The notes beneath the pieces were generated by a model. The model did not search any database, was not told the origin of the DNA, and saw nothing but the letters and a program-made list of their open reading frames with translations. DNA of 58,369 nucleotides. It comes from a virus. Its lineage: Duplodnaviria > Caudoviricetes. The translations under genes were made by a program, and so were the position numbers. Shown in pieces: positions 50,530 to 58,131 of the stretch; the stretch's first letter is position 1, and the number at the start of each line of letters is the position of its first letter. Location: the IMG/VR virus record IMGVR_UViG_3300009160_000050, positions 1 to 58,369 of that record. One strand, written 5' to 3'.

Positions 50530-50696
50530 GGAAACTTGAAGAAAAAGCAATCCGAGTAATTGACAGCTGCACTAACGCTTCTCAAATCGATGCTGCAACT
50601 CGATACGTAGAATTATATTTTAAGAAAACTGGCAATCTGCCATACCTGAGATACTTAATCACTAAACTTGACGGACTAGCAAATTCTTTTTCTTAG
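50520..50696 (+). CDS. Small hypothetical protein (58 aa, not in ORF track)
   Basis: MEIGKLEEKAIRVIDSCTNASQIDAATRYVELYFKK...NSFS*. Overlaps the GT stop and fills the gap. Confidence 0.6.
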   Translation: MEIGKLEEKAIRVIDSCTNASQIDAATRYVELYFKKTGNLPYLRYLITKLDGLANSFS

Positions 50697-50743
50697 CTGC
50701 ATTTTCCTAATAAATAATATTATTAGGAAATAACGTAGTTTTT

Positions 50744-51826
50744 ATGAGAAGAATTATTTTAATTGGTTTACTACTAAGTAGTTTAGCTGGGTATTCACAA
50801 ACCTGCAACACCATCACTGCTTATGATTACATGGAAACCTGGAATTGGACAGGTGATTGGTGGATTCCTGCAGCGACGACTAATTTTTACACAAATGCAT
50901 CAGTTAGTCCTAGTGCAAGCGCAGTTTTATATGGAACTGGCGGGGGAAGTAGTGCAAATGAAGCCGACTGGTATTCTATGCCAAACCAAACTGGACTAAC
51001 TCTAAGTTCAGCATATCATTTTAAATTTAGACTTGGATCTTATCGATTTACTTCAACTAGTGCTACTAGAGGAGTAGACGTTGGTGATTTTATCGAAGTT
51101 CAACTGAGCACAAACGGTGGAGTTACCTATACTTCTGAAATCAGAGTCACTGGAAACAGCAATGCCTATTGGTCATATAATACAAATGGTACAATAAACA
51201 AAATCGCAAACGGCACCCTAACTACTTATTCACCAACTGGTGGAGGTGATCGTACCTTAACTGGAGACGGATACTCAGTAATAGATCTTACTCTTCCTTC
51301 TGGGATAACCCAATGCGCAGTTGATATTTACTGCAGAGCCAATGCTGCCGGTGAAGAGTGGTGGATCGACAATATAGAATTAATTGAATATTTTACATGC
51401 GCACCTCTTCCAATTGAACTTATTTACTTTACCGCACAGCCGGTCGGCTCGCGTGTCGTTTTAGATTGGACAACTGCTTCTGAACTTAATAATGACCATT
51501 TTATACTTGAACGATCAACTGATGCTTTGCGATGGACAGAAATAGGAAGAGTCGATGGAGTCGGCACCACTTCACAGCTTTCTACATATCATTTTATTGA
51601 TGCTCACCCAAATATTGGCGCAAACTATTACCGACTTTCTCAAGTAGACTTTGATGGAACTCAAGAGTTTTTCAATTTAGTATATGCAGAAATTAGTGAT
51701 CCACGAATAAACTGTAAATATTCATATTTCGATATAGCTGGACAGGAAGTAGATTATGATTTTGCTCCTCCTGGAATATATTTTAGGTTATGTGGTGAAA
51801 CTATTGAAAAGATAATTAAGAACTAA
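50744..51826 (+). CDS. Secreted protein with Bacteroidota T9SS-cargo-like C-terminal region
   Basis: Signal peptide ending GYS-Q. PLPIELIYFTA...LDWTTASELNNDHFILERSTD...YYRLSQVDFDG Ig/FN3 module. CTD-like YFDIAGQEV...GIYF...KIIKN. Confidence 0.75.
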   Translation: MRRIILIGLLLSSLAGYSQTCNTITAYDYMETWNWTGDWWIPAATTNFYTNASVSPSASAVLYGTGGGSSANEADWYSMPNQTGLTLSSAYHFKFRLGSYRFTSTSATRGVDVGDFIEVQLSTNGGVTYTSEIRVTGNSNAYWSYNTNGTINKIANGTLTTYSPTGGGDRTLTGDGYSVIDLTLPSGITQCAVDIYCRANAAGEEWWIDNIELIEYFTCAPLPIELIYFTAQPVGSRVVLDWTTASELNNDHFILERSTDALRWTEIGRVDGVGTTSQLSTYHFIDAHPNIGANYYRLSQVDFDGTQEFFNLVYAEISDPRINCKYSYFDIAGQEVDYDFAPPGIYFRLCGETIEKIIKN

Positions 51827-51866
51827 CCAATTCGGCTAAGATAAATAATAAGAAAGATTTCTTATA

Positions 51867-53828
51867 ATGAAATATGTTTCACCTTATGGAAACACTCCAG
51901 AATCTGCACAATTAATTTGCGAATATTTTAAAGGCAATGAGCAAATATTTGCTAAAGTAGTAACTTTTGAAAACGTTGAATGGGAAAGCCGCATGTTAAA
52001 TATTGCAGAGTCTGCAATTTCAGAAAAAGCATTAATTGATCTTCACTTTGATATGATTGTTAATGATGGTGCTCGTGCAATCACTAAATATTACAAAAAC
52101 TTAATTTCTGGTAAAAATGATGTGCTTGAAAGAGCTAAAATCAAATTTACTAATCTTAATAGCCACCGAATCGACGAATCTGCCGATATCTTTAGACAGC
52201 GTGCAAAGAAGAGAATGACTAACATGCTTGCTGAATTGGACCTAAATACTATTAATTGGGCAACTAATCCTGGCGGAGCATTACAAACTCAATTAACGAA
52301 TACTACTGGGCAAACTGTTCCTACTTCCGATCTTCAAAATCAATTAAAAGCTGCCCTAACTGGAGGTGCAAAACCTACCGTGACTGGAGCAATTGCTACT
52401 ACACCGGAAGAATTTGATAAAGCCCTTGCTGGAGGAGAATATGCAGGTAAGAGTGAAGGAAGCACAATGGGGTTTTTGCATGAATTATGGAGTGCACTTA
52501 CTGAGGGCGGATCTACTATTGGAGTTATTCACTTAATTTTAGATATAGTTGGAGTAGTCGGAGACATATTCGGGCCAGCAATACCAATTGGTTTAATGGC
52601 AGACGTACTGAACGCAATCATTTATTTTGTCAGAGCAGCGACTGCTCCAGAAGGAGAAAGCGGCAAGTTCTGGTTACTTGGTTCTATTTCATTAATTGCA
52701 GCATTCATATCTGGTGCAGGTGATGCCCTAAAATTACTTAAACCTGCTGCAAAATCTGCTGCTCCAGTAATGGAAGCCATTCTTAAAGGTGGATCTAAAG
52801 CAGGTGGTGAAGCTCTTGCAAAAGTATCAGCAAAAGAAGCTGGTCCAGTAATGAAATTATTACAATTTATTTCGAAAAATATTAGCGGAGTTTTAGGAAA
52901 AGCAAGTGGTCTTCTTGGAAAATTCTTTGATGGCTTTATTGCAAAATTAGTAGGGTGGATTCCATTTATTGGAAAACCTCTAAAAGGTTTCTTTGAATCA
53001 ATTGGAACATCATTTGCCAAATATGGAGATAATTTAACAGGTTTTGCAAAAGAATATTCAGCTGCTGAAAAAGCAGCTATTGAAATTGGAGCAAAGGAAA
53101 TTGATACTGGAGTAGAAACACTATTAAAGAACAGCAATCAGTCTTTAGTAATCGACGATGTTACTAAAATGGCAAAAATAGTTGACCAGGATGGTAAAGT
53201 AATAACGAAAGAATTTCCAGCCGACTGGTTGAAAAAGGACTTTGACAAAAAAGCAGCAGGTCTCTTCGGTAACGAAAAAGCAATTGCTAAATATTATTCA
53301 AATGTTGCCTCTTCAAATGCCGTAATGGCAGAAGGAATCGGTAAATACGTTATTAAGAAAGGTTGGAAAACAATCAAAGGTACAGGTAAACTTGCATTTT
53401 TCATAGGCAAACAAATTATCAAACTAATCAATAATGGAAAAGATTGGCAAGATCTAGGATACAAAAAAGAAGAAGTTGAATATCAGGGAAATTCATCATT
53501 AAAGAGCTGGATTCAAGATGAAATCCACAAGAAAAAAGAAGAAACGGGTGCAACTTATCTTCCAGCAATCGACCTTAACTCTGATCAACAGGAAGTATTC
53601 GATAATATTACAAACTATCAAAATAATTATGCTAAATTATTTGGGCAGCCAAGTATTATTCCAGTAATCTACAATAAGTATGGAAATACTGAAGATGAAT
53701 TCAATGAATTTTTCGATGAAGTAAAAAAAGGTACAGTAAAACCAGAAGATTCAGACGAATCTAAAAAAGAAAGTGTGAAAGAATCTATTTCACACTTACG
53801 TTATATTATCCCTTATTCTAAATTTTAA
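51867..53828 (+). CDS. Putative head/ejected protein with pre-toxin(TG)-like hydrophobic helical region
   Basis: HLILDIVGVVGDIFG..IPIGLMADVLNAIIYF...GSISLIAAF..AGDALK. xxE motifs (IAES, IDES, VKES). Late promoter. Confidence 0.5.
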   Translation: MKYVSPYGNTPESAQLICEYFKGNEQIFAKVVTFENVEWESRMLNIAESAISEKALIDLHFDMIVNDGARAITKYYKNLISGKNDVLERAKIKFTNLNSHRIDESADIFRQRAKKRMTNMLAELDLNTINWATNPGGALQTQLTNTTGQTVPTSDLQNQLKAALTGGAKPTVTGAIATTPEEFDKALAGGEYAGKSEGSTMGFLHELWSALTEGGSTIGVIHLILDIVGVVGDIFGPAIPIGLMADVLNAIIYFVRAATAPEGESGKFWLLGSISLIAAFISGAGDALKLLKPAAKSAAPVMEAILKGGSKAGGEALAKVSAKEAGPVMKLLQFISKNISGVLGKASGLLGKFFDGFIAKLVGWIPFIGKPLKGFFESIGTSFAKYGDNLTGFAKEYSAAEKAAIEIGAKEIDTGVETLLKNSNQSLVIDDVTKMAKIVDQDGKVITKEFPADWLKKDFDKKAAGLFGNEKAIAKYYSNVASSNAVMAEGIGKYVIKKGWKTIKGTGKLAFFIGKQIIKLINNGKDWQDLGYKKEEVEYQGNSSLKSWIQDEIHKKKEETGATYLPAIDLNSDQQEVFDNITNYQNNYAKLFGQPSIIPVIYNKYGNTEDEFNEFFDEVKKGTVKPEDSDESKKESVKESISHLRYIIPYSKF

Positions 53829-53830
53829 AA

Positions 53831-55423
53831 TTACTTCTTAATTCTCTTAAGAATATTTGCGATTGGTGCTTTAAATTCATCACCTTCACCAGTACAACCG
53901 GTCCAGTAAGCTTTTGCTAGAACTGAAATATCTCCACCTAATTCATCGTCTAGAACTGAGTATACAGTATCTTTCGCATCAATTTTTTGATATTCAACGC
54001 TTACTTCTTTTGCCATTTCTGGAGTTAATCCAGTAATTAGAAGCGCAATTGAACACTCTTCTTGGTCAGTAGTGTTTCCAAATAATCCGCTACCATTTTT
54101 AAGATCAAGTAGCATTGATGCGATATCTGATGCTCCTTGTTGTTTTGCATTTGCAATATATTTACTAGGGTCAGCTGCCATTGTATCATAATAACCCATT
54201 GCTTCTGCCCCTTTTGCAAACATTCCAGGTTCTTCTGCTCCATCTGGCGTTTCACCAGTGTTTGTGCCAATATCTCCAGCTTTTTTAGCTGCAAGAACTC
54301 CCATTGGAGTTAAATTAACTCCAGCAACGGTAAATAATTCAGTTGCTTTTGTCGGAGAAAGATATCCTGGTAAATTTGCAAATGATGTGTGAAATTCTGC
54401 ACCTTTTAATGGTTGTAAAATAACACCAGTCGCATTTATTTCTTTAACCGTATGAGATACCATTTTTCCAGATCTAGCATATTCAATGGTTTTTCCTGCA
54501 GATTCTCCAATTTTTTCTAAAGCTGCGAGTTGGCGTGCTTTTTCTAATTTTGCAAATACTTTACTTAATCTAGTTATATCTGCAATAACTCCAACACTCT
54601 TTCCTAATGCGGCACTTGCCGTTGCCATACCGGTCACTCTTGCTAATTTACTAGCTTTAGAGGCAGCAGATGCAACTTCGGCTCCTTTTAAACCTGCGGT
54701 AAATGCCGCAGATCCTCCAAATGAAACTATCGTTAGCGCAACGTCTCCGAGTATACTCCAAATATTTAATCCTCTCAATACAGATGGTTCAATCTTGCGG
54801 CGATATAGATTACATGAAACTACTTCTCCATATCCACCAAATTCGTCTTCCATAAAGTCTTGGATAGACTTTCCATATTTAGACTTAAATATTTCATCTA
54901 GTTTATCAAAATACATTTGAGGATCTACACTTTTCTCTGCAGCAATTTGTGCAAATGCTCCAGCGAGTGATGCAATCGTTTCTTCATCAGTTCCTGCGTC
55001 ACCAGCTGCATTTCCACCAAAGAAGCTACCAATTCCTCCAACGATACCTCGTTCAGTCCAATCAGTTCCTTCACCGCCAGCTTTTAGAATTGCAGCGGCT
55101 GCTTCCATATCAATGTCGCCCCATAAAAATTGTTCATTCATAATCCACATCATGAATTTAGGAGCAGTTTTATTAGACTTATCGACTTTTACAAAAAGTC
55201 GATCATCACCAACTATTCCAAAAGCAGTCTTATCTAAATCCGTAAGTTCGTACTCTCCATCCTCATAGGAATTAAAGTATTCTGCTAATTTAGCAAGAAG
55301 CTGGTCATTCTCTAAATAACCTTTAAGTCTTTCGTTAAGGTCTTCTGAAATAACTGCAGCTTGTTCATTGACTGCGCCTTGGTAATTGTTATAAAAATCT
55401 TGATATTTTCTATCTAGAAACAT
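53831..55423 (-). CDS. Putative head/ejected protein with two annexin-like repeats flanking a hydrophobic segment
   Basis: GTDEETIASL...FKSKYGKSIQDFMEDEFGG and LKNGSGLFGNTTDQEE...EYQKIDAKDTVYSVLDDELGG. Confidence 0.55.
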   Translation of the reverse strand: MFLDRKYQDFYNNYQGAVNEQAAVISEDLNERLKGYLENDQLLAKLAEYFNSYEDGEYELTDLDKTAFGIVGDDRLFVKVDKSNKTAPKFMMWIMNEQFLWGDIDMEAAAAILKAGGEGTDWTERGIVGGIGSFFGGNAAGDAGTDEETIASLAGAFAQIAAEKSVDPQMYFDKLDEIFKSKYGKSIQDFMEDEFGGYGEVVSCNLYRRKIEPSVLRGLNIWSILGDVALTIVSFGGSAAFTAGLKGAEVASAASKASKLARVTGMATASAALGKSVGVIADITRLSKVFAKLEKARQLAALEKIGESAGKTIEYARSGKMVSHTVKEINATGVILQPLKGAEFHTSFANLPGYLSPTKATELFTVAGVNLTPMGVLAAKKAGDIGTNTGETPDGAEEPGMFAKGAEAMGYYDTMAADPSKYIANAKQQGASDIASMLLDLKNGSGLFGNTTDQEECSIALLITGLTPEMAKEVSVEYQKIDAKDTVYSVLDDELGGDISVLAKAYWTGCTGEGDEFKAPIANILKRIKK

Positions 55424-55439
55424 ATTTGTTTATATTATT

Positions 55440-56549
55440 TTATGTAGTTTGAGTTGGTTGTGCGGCAGGTTGAGTAAACGAAGTTTTTAAATTTTCCAAA
55501 CCTTTAATAAACGCTGCTTGATTTGCTTGACTTAAACCCTGTGCTTGAGTCGCCGTTCCTTCTGTACCTGTTGCAGCCGGTGTTGCTGCACCAAAAATAG
55601 ACTTTCCATCTTTATAGAAAAGCATATTTCTAAGATTTTCTGGAGTCAATTCAGTTGATGCATATTTACTATCATATTCATCTAGGATTTTTTTTCTAAA
55701 TGCATCATCCGTAAACATTTTCTCAAGAAAAGATTTATCTGCAGTATTTGTGATCTCCGAATCATAGAAAAGAGGAGCTCCAGTAGCAGTAGATACTTTT
55801 GTATCTTTTGATTGAGCATCATCTAATGTAGTTGCCCACATTACTTTTTTATTAGCGGCATCATATGATACTGTACCATTTGGATCGCTTCCGTCTTTGG
55901 TTTTTGCAATTATCGTACCGTCTTGTGCAAATTCCATAAGATATAACTTACTATTTGCACGCATAGTATACGCAAACTTTCTACCTTTATCAGGTTTAGT
56001 TTCCTTGTTTTCAGTAGGCTTAGCTTCTTCCTTTTCAGGTTGAGGATCTGGCAAAGTGGCTGCAGCTGCAGTTTGGGTAAGATCCGCGATAATTTGTTGA
56101 GACAGGGTCGAAAGAGCTGCAAAACTTGGAGCATCAATAAACTCAGAGGTCAACGACACATTTGGATATTTCGATTTGCCTTCTGCATCCATTCTATCCA
56201 AGATTTCAAATTGAATCTTTTGTTTAGTACGACCAAATATCTCACCATCTTTTAATACTGTGTATACGATAAACTTTGCTTTAAAGAAAGTTGGAGTAAG
56301 TTGTCCAATCTTTTGAGTAAATTGGTTTTCGTCATTAAAGTAAGCTTTAATTGCGGTAAGTCCAATCGTTGTGATTTTACCAGCATTGTCAATTATATCT
56401 AAATCGTTAATAATTTTCATCACGAATTTAGTATTTGACTGAACACTATATGTAATTTTATGCTTTTTGCCAGAAGAATCAACCATTACGTCTTTGCCTC
56501 TAGCCTCTGCCTCAGTTAATGAGGACCATGTGTCGAACGACTTAATCAT
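55440..56549 (-). CDS. Putative internal head protein
   Basis: N-terminus MIKSFDTWSSLTEA. ATAAATA at 56566-56572 (-). Confidence 0.5.
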   Translation of the reverse strand: MIKSFDTWSSLTEAEARGKDVMVDSSGKKHKITYSVQSNTKFVMKIINDLDIIDNAGKITTIGLTAIKAYFNDENQFTQKIGQLTPTFFKAKFIVYTVLKDGEIFGRTKQKIQFEILDRMDAEGKSKYPNVSLTSEFIDAPSFAALSTLSQQIIADLTQTAAAATLPDPQPEKEEAKPTENKETKPDKGRKFAYTMRANSKLYLMEFAQDGTIIAKTKDGSDPNGTVSYDAANKKVMWATTLDDAQSKDTKVSTATGAPLFYDSEITNTADKSFLEKMFTDDAFRKKILDEYDSKYASTELTPENLRNMLFYKDGKSIFGAATPAATGTEGTATQAQGLSQANQAAFIKGLENLKTSFTQPAAQPTQTT

Positions 56550-56603
56550 GAAAAGTATTTTATTTTATTTATTCTCACGATAAATAATAAAAAGACTATT
56601 CAG

Positions 56604-57458
56604 GTGAAACTAAAGAAATTTAATGAATATGCAGCATTTTATTCAAAGGACCCAAAGAACTTTGAAAAAAAGGTATGTTTTGCTTGTTCAGAAGGCACAG
56701 TACCTGATGTGTTTACTCACGTAAACGATTCAGCCGACTCAAAATTTACAAATACAGATGTCCCGGTTATACTATGGAATAATTTTAACTTTCAAAAATC
56801 TCCTCTCAACGAGAGCTCAACTTTTCTTTTTAATTCAAAAGGCCTTCCGCAGTTCGAAGAAGTATCTTCAAAACTTAAAGGGGCAGACTTCTTGCCAAAA
56901 TCGACTAACGAACGGTCACAAGTCAAAGGGTTAAAGTTTCCTATCTTTGGTGTAGACGGAAAAAACAAGACAGAGTTTAAAACATATGGTAAATTTAAAA
57001 AGGGAGAAGAGAGGTTTCCTACATTTACCGAAAAGATCGTTCCTCAAACTAAATTTAACGTAATTGCATTTAAAGGAGAACCTATCCATATTCAAGAGAA
57101 AATTAATAAACTTGGATTTGATGTTGACTCTGCAAGATTCAAATACTCAAATTCTGTAAAAAATATAACAGAATCACTAAATGCCGAGTATCCATTGGAT
57201 TTCTATCATGTTGAACTATTAGAATCAAATGGTAAATTATATCTTAACTCTCTTGATACTTCGATAAACCTAAGTCCTTCACAAAGTATAAAAATGTATG
57301 AAAAAGCATACGAAGAATATTTTGCGGCTCACTTGCCAGGATGGTTTAAGAAGCAGATATTTGAGTCTCATGTAAAGCCTTATTATGTAAAGCGATATTA
57401 TGATGCGGCTTTAATTAAACCAAACCACTCAATAGATTTTAAAAAATATTTAGACTAG
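56604..57458 (+). CDS. ATP-grasp-like protein, apparently degenerate
   Basis: FLPKS, LKFPIFG, FTEKI...KFNVIAFKGEPI, LDFYHVELLE.NGKLYL follow the RimK-like motif order. CTS-like MKLKKFNEY. Confidence 0.4.
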   Translation: MKLKKFNEYAAFYSKDPKNFEKKVCFACSEGTVPDVFTHVNDSADSKFTNTDVPVILWNNFNFQKSPLNESSTFLFNSKGLPQFEEVSSKLKGADFLPKSTNERSQVKGLKFPIFGVDGKNKTEFKTYGKFKKGEERFPTFTEKIVPQTKFNVIAFKGEPIHIQEKINKLGFDVDSARFKYSNSVKNITESLNAEYPLDFYHVELLESNGKLYLNSLDTSINLSPSQSIKMYEKAYEEYFAAHLPGWFKKQIFESHVKPYYVKRYYDAALIKPNHSIDFKKYLD

Positions 57459-57643
57459 TGATTATAATTAATTGTACTAACCGAAAGATTGAGACATGTC
57501 TTAAAGAGTACAGGCAAAAGACTGATAAGATCGCTCAGACTCAAGAACTTAGGGATCGTAAAACATATGAACCGCCTTCTCAAAGGAAGAGAAAACAAAA
57601 GAACTTTGCAAAATACAAACAAAAAAAGTATGGGAATGCTTAA
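57458..57643 (+). CDS. rpsU: Ribosomal protein bS21
   Basis: 61 aa basic protein. IETCLKEYRQK...ELRDRKTYEPPSQRKRKQK..AKY matches the bS21 pattern. GTG overlaps the upstream TAG. Confidence 0.85.
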   Translation: MIIINCTNRKIETCLKEYRQKTDKIAQTQELRDRKTYEPPSQRKRKQKNFAKYKQKKYGNA

Positions 57644-58115
57644 CTTCAATCAATATCTAAAAGAAAATTCAAAGGCTAGCCACGATGCAGCTGGGGTTGC
57701 AATAATCTATAATAATAAAATACTCTTAATTCATCCGACCAACGCTTCATGGAAAAGGGGTACTTGTGGAATTCCTAAGGGTGGAATTGAACCTGGAGAA
57801 GATCTTATGGAGGCAGCATTGCGCGAATTAAGGGAAGAAACTGGAATAATATTACAACCTGAACAATTGGATCCTTCTTCAGAATCTGTACATATTTCTC
57901 GAAAAAATGTAGAATGGATGCTATTCTATTTTATATGTAAAATAACCGATCTTTCAGAAATAGGTTTAGACTCAGAACGATTACCGAATGATATGTTACA
58001 ACTTGAAGAAATTGACTGGGGAAAATTTGTTACTGCAGAAGAGGCCTATCCAATAATGACTAGGGCACAACTAATTATTTTAGACCGACATTTAACTCTT
58101 GATCAAAATAAATAA
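57636..58115 (+). CDS. NUDIX hydrolase
   Basis: Nudix box GGIEPGEDLMEAALRELREETGI. Likely start ATG 57636 (MLNFNQYLKE); the longer ORF call overlaps bS21. Confidence 0.88.
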   Translation: MLNFNQYLKENSKASHDAAGVAIIYNNKILLIHPTNASWKRGTCGIPKGGIEPGEDLMEAALRELREETGIILQPEQLDPSSESVHISRKNVEWMLFYFICKITDLSEIGLDSERLPNDMLQLEEIDWGKFVTAEEAYPIMTRAQLIILDRHLTLDQNK

Positions 58116-58131
58116 AAGAAAAAGAGCGTAG

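Noticed and set aside
57489-57635. N-terminal extension of the NUDIX ORF
   Set aside because: It overlaps bS21 in another frame. ATG 57636 gives a coupled start and a CTS-like leader.
269-57649. Many short antisense or alternate-frame ORFs (e.g. 34258..34647, 41986..42507, 52622..53137, 54486..54920)
   Set aside because: They lie wholly within long, motif-bearing genes and are shadows of codon bias, with no independent signals.
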